This document shows, piece after piece, positions 1-10,073 of a stretch of 64,000 nucleotides of DNA. The notes under the pieces are model-generated. The model searched no databases and was not told the origin of the DNA. It was given only the letters and a program-made list of their open reading frames with translations. The stretch is from NCBI GenBank assembly GCA_965248265.1, contig CBDFJF010000002.1, forward strand, positions 3,232,001 through 3,296,000, given 5' to 3'. The stretch comes from Candidatus Latescibacterota bacterium. GTDB lineage: Bacteria > Latescibacterota > UBA2968 > UBA8231. The stretch's first letter is position 1. Each line of letters starts with the position of its first letter. Both the position numbers and the translations under genes were made by a program.

Positions 1-678
1 GCCGTAGGCACGCCCTTGTGTAGTGCAGTGTCTCTGGGAATCCACGAGTCGCAGTCGCGCCTGTGGGAGAACATGGTCGGCCGGAGCCGGGAGTTCTGGG
101 AGCATTACTTGCCGCTGCTGAAAGAGTCCTTTCCCGAACAGCTGCGCGATATCGACCTCGACACCTTTTACGCTGCGGCCAATCATGTGGAGCCTTCCAC
201 CATCCGCGTCGAAGCAGATGAGGTCACCTACAACCTGCATATTCTGCTGCGCACCGAGTTGGAGATCGGCATGGTCGAAGGGGATATCGCGACAATTGAC
301 TTGCCCGCCGTCTGGAACGAGCGCATGGAGCAGTACCTCGGTGTCTGCCCCCCAACCGACGCCGAGGGGGTGTTGCAGGACGTGCACTGGTCTTTCGGCG
401 GGATTGGCTATTTTCCGACCTACGCTCTGGGCAATCTGTACGCCGCTCAACTCTTCGACGCGGCAAAACGACAGATTCCCGGGCTGTTGGCTGACATCAG
501 TCACGGCTCCTTCGAGAACCTGCTGTCGTGGCTGAGGCAGCAGGTTCACGACCAAGGTGCCAGGCTACGTGCTGGGGAGCTCGTCCAGGCCGTGACCGGC
601 CATGAGCTTCAATCAAGCTATCTGATGGACTACCTGGAGACCAAATTCGGCCAGCTTTACGAACTGGACGATCAGTAA
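1..678 (+). CDS. Carboxypeptidase M32 (Taq-type), C-terminal part; truncated by window start
   Basis: HESQS motif, IRVEADEVTYNLH, GVLQDVHW, GYFPTYALGN are M32 signatures. Confidence 0.93.
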   Translation, partial: AVGTPLCSAVSLGIHESQSRLWENMVGRSREFWEHYLPLLKESFPEQLRDIDLDTFYAAANHVEPSTIRVEADEVTYNLHILLRTELEIGMVEGDIATIDLPAVWNERMEQYLGVCPPTDAEGVLQDVHWSFGGIGYFPTYALGNLYAAQLFDAAKRQIPGLLADISHGSFENLLSWLRQQVHDQGARLRAGELVQAVTGHELQSSYLMDYLETKFGQLYELDDQ

Positions 679-730
679 CCTGAACCGCAGCCCACGGTCG
701 TCCAAGCAGTGTGTTTGATTATTGCGAGGA

Positions 731-1285
731 CTATCTCGGGCTATCAGCGACTGGCCGAATCTCCTCATTCGATATCCTACTGCCGGTTGCGCGGTCCTGG
801 CCCTGATACTTGCCCCGGTAGGGGGTCTCGGCAGCTCGGTCGAGGCGGGCGAACACGAGCTGGCATATCCTCCGCCCTTCCTGTAGCCTGATGGGCAGTC
901 GGTTGGCGTTGAACAGCTGCAGGGTGATCGTGCCCTCGAAACCCGGGTCGACCCACCCGGCGTTCTGGATGAACAGGCCGATCCGGCCGATGGAGCTGCG
1001 ACCTTCCACGAAGGCGGTGAGGTCGTCAGGAAGGCGGATCGTCTCCTTGGTGGTGGCCAGCAGAAACGAATGGGGTGGGATCACGATCTCGCTCTGCACC
1101 AGTTCCTGGTAGGTTATTTCTGCGTCGAGACGGATGGCGTCGAGCCGGTTCTCATCAACTTTCAGGAAGTGGTTGCTCAGGCGCAGGTCGACGGAAGCGG
1201 GCTGCAGCTGCTCGGGGGTGAGTGGATCCACCGCAAGCTTGCCGGTTTCCAGGTACTCCCGTATCGAGATGTCAGACAGAATCAT
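731..1285 (-). CDS. dcd: dCTP deaminase
   Basis: [39 protein letters not shown]; ATG at 1285 overlaps the pepA stop (ATGA). Confidence 0.93.
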   Translation of the reverse strand: MILSDISIREYLETGKLAVDPLTPEQLQPASVDLRLSNHFLKVDENRLDAIRLDAEITYQELVQSEIVIPPHSFLLATTKETIRLPDDLTAFVEGRSSIGRIGLFIQNAGWVDPGFEGTITLQLFNANRLPIRLQEGRRICQLVFARLDRAAETPYRGKYQGQDRATGSRISNEEIRPVADSPR

Positions 1286-2811
1286 TCCCCGGGTGCCTTC
1301 CAGGTGCGTGCCAATTGAGTTAACAGGCGCACGCCGACACCGACGCCGCCCTTCGGGATGTAGGGTTTCGGCTTCGCGGACCAAGCGGTGCCAGCGATGT
1401 CGAGGTGGACCCAGGGATAGGATTTGGTGAATTCGGCAAGCAGCATGGCCCCGGTGATGGCGCCGGCCGCCCGTCCACCCGCGTTCTTCATGTCGGCGAT
1501 CGAGCTGCGGATACTGGCGCGGTAGTCGTCCCACAAGGGCAATTGCCATGTGCGCTCACCGGTCTCCTCACCGGCCTTCGATACCCGGTTCGCCAGCTTC
1601 TGATTGTTCGTCATCAGGCCGCTGGCATGGTGTCCGAGGGCGACGACGCAGGCCCCCGTCAAGGTGGCAAGGTCGATGACGGCCGCCGGCTTGTAGCGCT
1701 GTGCATAACCGAGCGCGTCTGCCAGTATCAGGCGGCCTTCGGCGTCGGTGTTGATGATCTCGATCGTTTGCCCCGTAAGGGTCTTGAGCACATCTCCCGG
1801 CTTGAGGGCAGTGGAACTGGGTAGATTTTCCGTCGCCGCGATCAAGCCGACGACGTGGCGGGGAACCTTCAACGCGGCAACCGCCTGCATGGCTCCGAAC
1901 ACGGCGGCGGCTCCAGACATATCGAATTTCATGTCTTCCATGCCGCTTCCCGGCTTCAGGGAAATACCGCCGCTGTCAAAGGTGACTCCTTTGCCGACGA
2001 AGACCAGAGGGCCTGCGGAGCCGGCTTTGCCTCGCTTGCCTGCATCGTGTTCCAAAATGATGAAGCGGGCAGGTTGCTGGCTGCCTCGCGAGACCCCCAA
2101 CAGGGCGCCCATGCCCAGCTTCTTCATGGCGCTTTCATCCAGGATGCGGCAGCGCAGTCCATACTGTCGTCCCAGGCGGCGCGCGATGCCGGCGAGGTAG
2201 GTCGGAGTCGCGGTGTTGCCCGGTTGGTTGGCCAGATCGCGTGCCAGGCAGGTTGCTTCGGCAATGCTCTTGCCGGCCTTTACCCCTTTGCGAATGGCGG
2301 TCATGCGGGTCGGATCGAATTCCACGACGGTCAATGTCTTCAACCGTTTTCCGGGGGGTTCATCCGATGACGGGGCAGTAGTGTATTCGTCGAAACGGTA
2401 GCAGCCCAGCAGAGATCCCTCAGCCAGGGCTTGAGCGGCATCCTCGACAGCAAGACCACCGGCGCCCGCTCCGTGCAGGATGGTACTGGCGCGCTCTATG
2501 CCTAGGCTCTGCAGCTTGCGAGCCGCCGTGCCCGCGGCCTGGCGGATGCCTTCCAGTGACAGGGCTTTGCGCTTGCCCAGACCGACCAGCAGGACTCTCT
2601 TGGGCAGGCCTCGATTCTGCGTGTAGAGGACGGTGGTCTGGTTCTTCTTACCGGAAAAATCACCGCTTTTCAGTACCGTGCTCACCAGACCGTGTACCGC
2701 CGTATCCATGGCTGCGGTGGCCCCCCCGGGCTTGGTGCCTTCGAAGAGGTTGACGACGACGGCTGCGTCCGTGCGCTTTTGAATTTCGCCCTGCTGTACT
2801 GTAATATTCAT
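1282..2811 (-). CDS. pepA: Leucyl aminopeptidase (M17)
   Basis: [46 protein letters not shown]. Confidence 0.96.
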   Translation of the reverse strand: MNITVQQGEIQKRTDAAVVVNLFEGTKPGGATAAMDTAVHGLVSTVLKSGDFSGKKNQTTVLYTQNRGLPKRVLLVGLGKRKALSLEGIRQAAGTAARKLQSLGIERASTILHGAGAGGLAVEDAAQALAEGSLLGCYRFDEYTTAPSSDEPPGKRLKTLTVVEFDPTRMTAIRKGVKAGKSIAEATCLARDLANQPGNTATPTYLAGIARRLGRQYGLRCRILDESAMKKLGMGALLGVSRGSQQPARFIILEHDAGKRGKAGSAGPLVFVGKGVTFDSGGISLKPGSGMEDMKFDMSGAAAVFGAMQAVAALKVPRHVVGLIAATENLPSSTALKPGDVLKTLTGQTIEIINTDAEGRLILADALGYAQRYKPAAVIDLATLTGACVVALGHHASGLMTNNQKLANRVSKAGEETGERTWQLPLWDDYRASIRSSIADMKNAGGRAAGAITGAMLLAEFTKSYPWVHLDIAGTAWSAKPKPYIPKGGVGVGVRLLTQLARTWKAPGE

Positions 2812-2879
2812 GCTTCTCTCGACTGGTGTAGGCGGTGGATCAGGAGCGGAAAGGGAGGAATCGGGCTCAAGCGCGAGCC

Positions 2880-2908
2880 ATAATACGGGCGCCTATATGG
2901 CCTGTCAA
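2880..2908 (-). promoter_or_regulatory. sigma70-type promoter for pepA-dcd
   Basis: Minus strand TTGACA-17 nt-TATTAT, about 70 bp upstream of pepA. Confidence 0.6.
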
Positions 2909-2930
2909 CTCACACAGAGGTGATCGAACT

Positions 2931-3275
2931 ATGAAGGCTTTCGGACTCGCCCTCAACTTGAAAGACGACCCGGATGTGATTGCAAAGTACAGGGAATACC
3001 ACAGAAATCCCTGGCCGGAACCCCTTCAAGGCCTCGGCGAGGTCGGCGTCACGGACATGAAGATCTTTCTGTTGGGCAGGAGTATGTTTATGTACATGAC
3101 CACGGTAGACGATTTTGTTGCTGAGCGTGATTTCGCCGAGTACGTGGAGAAGAACCCGCGGGCGGCGGAGTGGGACGAATTGATGCGAACCTTCCAGGAG
3201 CCGGTCCCCGAGGCCAAGGATGGGGAGTGGTGGGCGTTGATGGAACCGGTGTTTGATCTGCAATTGCATGTGTAA
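2931..3275 (+). CDS. L-rhamnose mutarotase family protein
   Basis: LNLKDDPDVIAKYREYH..WPE..MKIFL..EWDELM..WALMEPVFDL; GAGGTG RBS before ATG 2931. Confidence 0.85.
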   Translation: MKAFGLALNLKDDPDVIAKYREYHRNPWPEPLQGLGEVGVTDMKIFLLGRSMFMYMTTVDDFVAERDFAEYVEKNPRAAEWDELMRTFQEPVPEAKDGEWWALMEPVFDLQLHV

Positions 3276-4356
3276 GTATAACTTCAACCCCGGGCCAAGC
3301 ATCTTGCCCGAGTGCGTGCGTGCGGAGGTCGCCGCTTCGCTGGCGTGTCCCAGCGGGGATATCTCCATCCTCGAAGTGAGCCATCGCGGCGGGCAGTACC
3401 GTGCCATCCATGACGAAGCGCTGGCACGCTGTCGTTCGCTGTACGCTGTGCCTGAGGAATTCGCCATTCTGCTGCTGCAGGGCGGAGCCTCGCTGCAGTT
3501 TGCCATGGTGCCACAGAATCTGCTGCGTCCCGGTCGCTCGGCAGACTACCTGGAAACTGGCGCGTGGTCGGCCAGGGCGCTGGCCGAAGCCAGGGCTGGC
3601 GGTACTTCCTGCCGGATCGCCGCGAGCAGTCGCGATCAGGGCTTCGACCACATTCCAGAACAGGGTGAATTCGATCTGGATGATGGGGCCGAGTACCTGC
3701 ACCTGACGACGAACAACACGATTTACGGCACCCAGTTCCCAGAGCTACCCGAGGCCGGTGGAGTGCCGATCGTAGCGGATATGTCCTCGGATCTGTTGTC
3801 GCGGCCGGTTTCCTGGATTGATGCAGGAATCGGCCTGGCCTATGGCGGCGCCCAGAAGAATGCCGGGGTGGCCGGACTGACCATCGTCATTATCCGGCGA
3901 GATCTGTTGAGTCGCGAGTGCTCGTCGACACCGGTCGTTCTGAGGTACTCGACGCACCTCGACGCAAACTCCCTTTACAATACACCGCCGGTATTCTCCG
4001 TCTACGTGTTTGGCCTGGTGCTGAAATGGCTGGAGACCCAGGGGGGGTTGGAAACGATCGATCGGCAAAACCAGGTCAAGGCGAAGATTCTCTACGATGC
4101 CATCGACAATTCCGAGGGCTTTTACCGGGGTCACGCTCGTGTCAGCAGTCGGTCATTGATGAACATCACCTTCAATCTGGGTTCCACCGAAGACACATCC
4201 CGCCTCCTTGAAGAAGCTGCGAACGCCGGCATGGTCGGCCTCGCCGGACATCGTTCGATTGGCGGGGTCCGTGCCTCAGTCTACAATGCCTTGCCGATCG
4301 AGAGCTGCCAGGCTCTCGCGGAGTTGATGGTAGACTTCGCTCGGCGTCACGGATAG
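3268..4356 (+). CDS. serC: Phosphoserine aminotransferase
   Basis: YNFNPGP, EVSHR, LQGGAS, ADMSSD, GAQKNAG (PLP Lys), LYNTPP, GHRSIGGVRASVYNA. Confidence 0.96.
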   Translation: MCKYNFNPGPSILPECVRAEVAASLACPSGDISILEVSHRGGQYRAIHDEALARCRSLYAVPEEFAILLLQGGASLQFAMVPQNLLRPGRSADYLETGAWSARALAEARAGGTSCRIAASSRDQGFDHIPEQGEFDLDDGAEYLHLTTNNTIYGTQFPELPEAGGVPIVADMSSDLLSRPVSWIDAGIGLAYGGAQKNAGVAGLTIVIIRRDLLSRECSSTPVVLRYSTHLDANSLYNTPPVFSVYVFGLVLKWLETQGGLETIDRQNQVKAKILYDAIDNSEGFYRGHARVSSRSLMNITFNLGSTEDTSRLLEEAANAGMVGLAGHRSIGGVRASVYNALPIESCQALAELMVDFARRHG

Positions 4357-4369
4357 GGGAAGGGGAGAC

Positions 4370-5425
4370 ATGAATACGGCTATGAGTGCATTCGGTGGCT
4401 TGTTGTTCCTGGCGCTTGCCGTCGCCGGTACCTTCCTCATGTACCGAATCTGGGGCTATCCCTACGATGAGAAGGCGGGGCGCAGTACCGCTCCCGCGGG
4501 ACTGGTCGTAACCCACCGCATCATCGGCACGTGTTATGTAATCCTCTACGTGTTCATGATGTGGCACATGGTACCGCGGCTGTTGGAGTACCAGGTCGAG
4601 TTTCCGGTGCGCACGGTCGTCCACTTCACTCTCGGTGTGACGATCGGATTTCTCCTGGTGATCAAGCTGGCGATCATCCGGTTTTTCAAGCACTTCAGTG
4701 GTGCCCTGCCGTACCTGGGATCGGGGCTTCTATGGTGCACGGCCGTGCTGGTGACCATGTCGGTGCCGTTCGCGCTCAAGGAATGGTATTGGAGTGGCAA
4801 CGTGACGGGAGGGAATGTGTTCAGCGGCGAAAACATGGCCCGTGTCAGCAAAATTCTGCCGGTGGCCGGTTTTCCCGAGGAGGCACCATTGACCAGGTTG
4901 GCCAGCGAAGAGGGGTTGAAATTCGGCCGCAAGGTGCTGTTGTCGCGGTGCGTGACCTGTCACGATCTGAAAACCGTTCTCAGTCGACCACGAACCGCCG
5001 TGGATTGGGTACGGACAGTTCAGCGCATGGCCGAACGGCCGATATTCGGTAACCCGATCAACACCGACGAGCAGTGGGCGGTGTCCTCCTACCTGATCGC
5101 GATATCACCTGAACTGCAAAAGTCGGTCAAGCGACGTCGCCAGGATTCGGCGCGAGCCGCCGACTCAAAGGATGCAGTGCGAGCTGCCGATGCCGATGAA
5201 CTTAGGGACACCTCGGTAGCTGATTTCGACCAGGTGGCGACGGCTGAACTCTTCGAGCAGACGTGCTCGCAGTGCCACGGACTCGAGGAGGTCGAGGCCT
5301 TTCCGTTACTGACCAGAGAAGCGGTCCACGATCTCCTTGGTCGTATGGTTGAGAACGGGCTCGACGTCACGGAGCAAGAGTTGGAGCAGGTAGCCTGGTA
5401 TTTGAATGAAACCTACGTTCGTTGA
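4370..5425 (+). CDS. Membrane-anchored diheme c-type cytochrome with about 4 N-terminal TM helices
   Basis: Four hydrophobic segments carrying His residues, then CVTCH and CSQCH, each followed by a distal (V/L)xRM Met. Confidence 0.75.
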   Translation: MNTAMSAFGGLLFLALAVAGTFLMYRIWGYPYDEKAGRSTAPAGLVVTHRIIGTCYVILYVFMMWHMVPRLLEYQVEFPVRTVVHFTLGVTIGFLLVIKLAIIRFFKHFSGALPYLGSGLLWCTAVLVTMSVPFALKEWYWSGNVTGGNVFSGENMARVSKILPVAGFPEEAPLTRLASEEGLKFGRKVLLSRCVTCHDLKTVLSRPRTAVDWVRTVQRMAERPIFGNPINTDEQWAVSSYLIAISPELQKSVKRRRQDSARAADSKDAVRAADADELRDTSVADFDQVATAELFEQTCSQCHGLEEVEAFPLLTREAVHDLLGRMVENGLDVTEQELEQVAWYLNETYVR

Positions 5426-5537
5426 CTTAGGATCCGTTTGTTGAAACAGCCACGGATGGTTAATTTCACCGAGCTACATCAACGGTCGCGCCGTCCGGCG
5501 CGACTCCTTCAATACTGAATTTTTCTGACGGAAACCG

Positions 5538-6506
5538 ATGAAGGCCATTCGATTCCATCAAGTTGGGGGACCGGATGTTCTCACCTATGAGGACGTCGCA
5601 TCGCCATCTCCGGCCAGCGGGGAAGTCTCCATCGCCATCGAGGCGATCGGACTGAACTACATCGACACCTATCACCGCAGCGGCCAGTACCCGGCTGATT
5701 TACCATGTATTCCTGGCATGGAGGCCGCAGGTAGCATCGTCGGCGTCGGGGAGGGTGTGACCGGGTTTGCCGAGGGTGATCGTGTGGCCTATGCCGGGGT
5801 CTTGGGGAGCTATGCTGAACAGGCATGTGTCGCCGTCGAGCGCCTGGTTCCCCTGCCAGACGAAACCAGTTTCGAGGATGCTGCGGCGGTGATGCTACAG
5901 GGCATGACAGCGCACTACTTGAGCCACGGCTCCTACCGACTGAGTGCTGGTGATACCGCGCTCATTCATGCCGCGGCCGGTGGCGTGGGATTGCTTTTGA
6001 CGCAGATGGCGAAGCGTTTGGGCGCCCGGGTTATCGGCACGGTGTCGACGGAAGAAAAAGAGGCGCTGGCTCGCCAGGCTGGCGCCGACGAGGTCATACG
6101 CTACACCGAAACTGATTTTGCCGATGAAGTCAGACGGTTGACGGACAACCTGGGAGTGGATGTCGTCTACGATTCCGTGGGCCAGACAACCTTCGAAAAG
6201 GGCTTGGGTCTGTTGCGGCCGCTCGGTTACATGGTCCTCTTCGGCCAATCGAGTGGTGGTGTGGCTCCGATCGATCCCCAAGTTCTGAGCGCCAACGGTT
6301 CGATTTTTCTCACCCGTCCGACGATGATGCACTATTTGCGAAGCCGTGAGGAATTGCTGTCACGCAGCGGCGACATCCTCGGTTGGGTCGGAAGCGGGGA
6401 GTTGGATGTGCGCATCGGGGAGCGCTTTGCTCTCGAGAATGCCGCTGATGCGCATCGAGCCTTGCAGGGAAGAAAAACCACGGGAAAAGTTCTGCTGATT
6501 CCGTAG
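5538..6506 (+). CDS. qor: NADPH:quinone oxidoreductase (zeta-crystallin/MDR family)
   Basis: IGLNYIDTYHRSG, HAAAGGVG, VVYDSVG, FGQSSG, RKTTGKVLL. Confidence 0.92.
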   Translation: MKAIRFHQVGGPDVLTYEDVASPSPASGEVSIAIEAIGLNYIDTYHRSGQYPADLPCIPGMEAAGSIVGVGEGVTGFAEGDRVAYAGVLGSYAEQACVAVERLVPLPDETSFEDAAAVMLQGMTAHYLSHGSYRLSAGDTALIHAAAGGVGLLLTQMAKRLGARVIGTVSTEEKEALARQAGADEVIRYTETDFADEVRRLTDNLGVDVVYDSVGQTTFEKGLGLLRPLGYMVLFGQSSGGVAPIDPQVLSANGSIFLTRPTMMHYLRSREELLSRSGDILGWVGSGELDVRIGERFALENAADAHRALQGRKTTGKVLLIP

Positions 6507-6600
6507 AGAGCCATCCCTTCACCCAGCACGGACGTTGCCCACCGAGACGACCGGGCACGGCTATGAGATCCGTACCCGATTCATATCAGGAGCAGGAAGG

Positions 6601-7953
6601 ATGCAGGAAATCGCCGGCGTAGAAGACGAACCCAAGGAAACGGGAAGTGATCAGAGTCAGCACGAGTTGGCAGACCAGCCAGCAGGCTCTGGCGACGCGC
6701 AGGACTCCGACAGAACGCAGGACTCCGACAGAACGCAGGACAGCACAGAAGCGAATCCGGCGGTCCGACCCGAAGTGGACAAGGCCGTGGAGCCACGTAG
6801 CACGGACGACACCAGCATCAGCGTCGGTGACAAGGTCAGCGGGGTGTTAACCCGTGTTGGTGAAGACGATTCCTTCGTCGATTTCGGTGGAGCCGCGGAG
6901 GGAAGAATCCCCTCTTCCGAGTTACGTGATTCCGCATCCGGTAGCTCGAGTTTCGATACGGGCGATCCGCTGGAGGCTTTCGTCTCGGCTCTGGATGGAA
7001 CTGGGATTGTGCTCTCACGCGAACAGCCCGAGAGTGCCTCTGGTGCTGAGAGGGCGACCGACTTGCTCTACAACGCCTACAAAGCTGGCACCCCGGTAAA
7101 GGGGCGTGTCGTCGTCGTCAACAAATGGGGTCTGGGGGTGGATATCAGTGGCATCCGGGGGTTTTGCCCGGTGTCCCTGATCGATGTCGGTTTCGTCAAA
7201 GACACCGCTTCCTATCGCGATCAGGAGCTCGAATTCAAGATCACCCGTTTCAAGGATGAGGGAAGGACTCTCGTCGTATCCCGGCGCGCACTGCTGCAGG
7301 ATGAGCAGGGCAAGGAAGCGGAGGAAGTACGCGCGACCATCCAGGTGGGGGCCAGGTTGGAGGGAACGGTGACGAGGGTCCAACCCTACGGGGCGTTCGT
7401 CGATCTGGGGGCAGGAGTTGAGGGCCTGATTCATGTTTCCGAGCTAAAGCACGAGCGCGTCGAGCATCCACAGGACGTCGTAGAGCAAGGCGCTCAGGTG
7501 ACGATAGCCGTTATCCGTGTGCAAAAACTGGGTGACCGCAAGGCGGAACGAATCTCACTCTCTTTGAAGGCACTGGTAGAGGATCCCTGGGACAAGGTCA
7601 AGGGACAGTTTTCCACCGGCAGCGTCGTCGACGGCAAAGTCGAAGCGCTTGAGGAGTACGGTGCCATGGTGGCGCTCGCTGACAACGTCAAAGGCATGAT
7701 CCACGTGTCGGAGATCGCTCAGAAGAGGATCGCGCATCCTCGAGAGATGCTCTCGGTCGGTGAAAGCGTGCGGGTGGCGGTGATCGAGATGGACGATCGT
7801 CGCCGGCGTTTGCGCCTGTCACTGCGGCGCGCTGAGCAGATGGAAGATGCCGCCAACCTGCGGGAGTTCCAGAAACGTGACGAGGAAGAAGCGAAGTCGA
7901 GTGATCCGCAGAACGCTTTGACCGACGCGCTTCAGCGAGCTCGCCTGGCTTGA
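6601..7953 (+). CDS. S1 RNA-binding domain protein (ribosomal protein S1-like, about 4 S1 domains, acidic N-terminal extension)
   Basis: YGAFVDLGAGVEGLIHVSEL, YGAMVALADNVKGMIHVSEI; AGGAAGG RBS before ATG 6601. Confidence 0.85.
   Translation: MQEIAGVEDEPKETGSDQSQHELADQPAGSGDAQDSDRTQDSDRTQDSTEANPAVRPEVDKAVEPRSTDDTSISVGDKVSGVLTRVGEDDSFVDFGGAAEGRIPSSELRDSASGSSSFDTGDPLEAFVSALDGTGIVLSREQPESASGAERATDLLYNAYKAGTPVKGRVVVVNKWGLGVDISGIRGFCPVSLIDVGFVKDTASYRDQELEFKITRFKDEGRTLVVSRRALLQDEQGKEAEEVRATIQVGARLEGTVTRVQPYGAFVDLGAGVEGLIHVSELKHERVEHPQDVVEQGAQVTIAVIRVQKLGDRKAERISLSLKALVEDPWDKVKGQFSTGSVVDGKVEALEEYGAMVALADNVKGMIHVSEIAQKRIAHPREMLSVGESVRVAVIEMDDRRRRLRLSLRRAEQMEDAANLREFQKRDEEEAKSSDPQNALTDALQRARLA
6698..6750 (+). 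repeat. 18-bp in-frame tandem repeat (2 exact copies plus 1 degenerate), encoding QDSDRT
   Basis: cgcaggactccgacagaa x2 followed by cgcaggacagcacagaa. Confidence 0.9.
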
Positions 7954-9248
7954 CGACCGAGAGCGTTTTGTCCTCCCGTCCGGCACCCAAAAAGGACAGT
8001 CTGCGAGCGTCCATCCTGTCTCCGCAACGACCGGGATATTTTGGAGCTTACGGCGGCGCCTTCGTGCCGGAGATTCTGCGTTCCACCCTCGACGAACTGG
8101 CCGAGGCCTTCGACGAGGCCAGTCGCGATCCGTCGTTCTGGGAAGATTATATCAGCGTCATGGGTTCCTATTCCTGTCGTCCGACGCCGATAACGCACCT
8201 CGAGAACCTCTCGAGGCAGATCGGTGGGGCCCAAGTCTATCTCAAGAGAGAGGATTTGAACCATACCGGTGCCCACAAGGCCAACAACGTCATGGGCCAG
8301 GGCTTGCTTGTGCAGCGGATGGGCAAGAAGCGTGTGATCGCCGAGACCGGGGCTGGCCAGCATGGTGTGGCGACGGCGACGATGGCTGCCAGGTTTGGTC
8401 TTGATTGTACAGTGTACATGGGAGCCGAGGATGTCGAGCGACAGCGTCCGAACGTGTTCTGGATGGAGCAGCTCGGAGCAGAGGTCGTCTCTGTCAGTGA
8501 CGGCACCGCCACGCTCAAAGACGCAATCAATGAGTGCTTTCGCGATTGGGCGTACTCGATGGAGGACACCCATTACGCACTCGGGACTGCCTGTGGGCCG
8601 CACCCCTTTCCTCAAATGGTGGCCTATTTCCAGCAGATCATCGGGTTGGAGAGCCGTGAGCAGATGCTCACGAATCTGGGAGGGGAACTCCCTGACCGCG
8701 TGTATGCCTGTGTCGGGGGAGGCTCCAACGCCACCGGAATCTTCCTGGGATTCCTCGATGACGAGGAGGTTGAACTGGTCGGTGTCGAAGCTGGAGGCCG
8801 TGGACTCAGTTCGGGTGCACACGCCGCCCGCCTGGCCGGCACGGATGGCTCACCCGGCGTGGCTCAGGGGTACAAGACCTATTTCCTGCAAAACGATGAA
8901 GGGCAGATGCGTGACACCCATTCGGTCTCGGCCGGTCTCGATTACATCGGCGTCAGTCCGATCCTCGCCTATTTGCATGAGCTGGGACGTGTGCGGTTCG
9001 AAGCCGCAACCGATGAAGAGGTCATCACCACCTTCAAACGTGTGATGCGGGCAGAGGGAATCATCGGGGCATTGGAAAGCACACACGCAGTGGCCGGGGC
9101 GCTGCGCGAGGCGGGTGCCATGGAGCCGACTCAGGCCATCCTGGTTAGCCTTTCCGGTCGCGGTGACAAGGATATCTTCACCATCGGCGACGCCCTGGAT
9201 GACGCCAGCTGGAAGCAGTTCCTGAAGAACAAGGCATCAACGCTGTGA
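7950..9248 (+). CDS. trpB: Tryptophan synthase beta chain
   Basis: LKREDLNHTGAHK (PLP Lys), ETGAGQHG, CVGGGSNA, SVSAGLDY, SGRGDKD. Confidence 0.96.
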   Translation: MTTESVLSSRPAPKKDSLRASILSPQRPGYFGAYGGAFVPEILRSTLDELAEAFDEASRDPSFWEDYISVMGSYSCRPTPITHLENLSRQIGGAQVYLKREDLNHTGAHKANNVMGQGLLVQRMGKKRVIAETGAGQHGVATATMAARFGLDCTVYMGAEDVERQRPNVFWMEQLGAEVVSVSDGTATLKDAINECFRDWAYSMEDTHYALGTACGPHPFPQMVAYFQQIIGLESREQMLTNLGGELPDRVYACVGGGSNATGIFLGFLDDEEVELVGVEAGGRGLSSGAHAARLAGTDGSPGVAQGYKTYFLQNDEGQMRDTHSVSAGLDYIGVSPILAYLHELGRVRFEAATDEEVITTFKRVMRAEGIIGALESTHAVAGALREAGAMEPTQAILVSLSGRGDKDIFTIGDALDDASWKQFLKNKASTL

Positions 9249-9272
9249 CCGAGCCGCGAAGATGATGGTTCT

Positions 9273-10052
9273 GTGAACCTTGCCGACTACATAACTGAGC
9301 GACGAAGGTCTCGGCAGATTCTGCTGATGACCCACGTCATCGTCGGATATCCCTCGGTAGAAGCCAACTGGCGAATGCTCGAGATCATGGCGGCGGCGGA
9401 CGTTGATCTGGTTGAGTTGCAAATGCCCTTCAGCGAGCCAGTCGCTGACGGCCCGACTTTCGTACGGGCAAACCAGCACGCCCTGGAGAAGGGGTTACCG
9501 GTCGAGGAGTACCTCGACTTGATGAAGCGGTCTACTTCCAGCTTCAGTTTTCCACACATCTGGATGGGGTACTACAACACCGTCTACCAGATGGGCCATG
9601 AACGCTTCTGCCAATCCCTGCGAGAGAACGGCGCTGTTGGACATATCCTTCCCGACTTGCCGTTCGAGGAGTACGGCGATCTGTTCGAATTGAGCCGTCG
9701 CGATGAATTGAGTCCTGTGATGCTGATGACCCCGACGAACACGGAGGAGCGCCTGCGTGCCATCGGTGAAAGGGCTTCGGGATTCGTCTACGCGGTGGCT
9801 CGCAAGGGTGTTACAGGTAAGAAGACGGAACTGGAGCAGGACCTATTCGGTTTCCTCGAGCGTTGCCGGCGAGCAACAGACTTGCCCTTGGCCCTGGGCT
9901 TCGGGTTGCGCAACGGACAGGATCTGAAGGATCTCCATGGTGTAACCGAGATGGCCATCGTGGGGTCGGCGCTGCTGGATGCCTGGGAACAAGGGGGTGA
10001 GAGTGCCTACCGTGATCTCGTCGAGGAGCTGAGCGAGCACAGAAGCAGTTGA
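9273..10052 (+). CDS. trpA: Tryptophan synthase alpha chain
   Basis: VELQMPFSEPVADGP, ILPDLPFEE, GFVYAVARKGVTG, IVGSA; directly after trpB. Confidence 0.93.
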   Translation: MNLADYITERRRSRQILLMTHVIVGYPSVEANWRMLEIMAAADVDLVELQMPFSEPVADGPTFVRANQHALEKGLPVEEYLDLMKRSTSSFSFPHIWMGYYNTVYQMGHERFCQSLRENGAVGHILPDLPFEEYGDLFELSRRDELSPVMLMTPTNTEERLRAIGERASGFVYAVARKGVTGKKTELEQDLFGFLERCRRATDLPLALGFGLRNGQDLKDLHGVTEMAIVGSALLDAWEQGGESAYRDLVEELSEHRSS

Positions 10053-10073
10053 CCCACACGCGCAACTTTCCTG

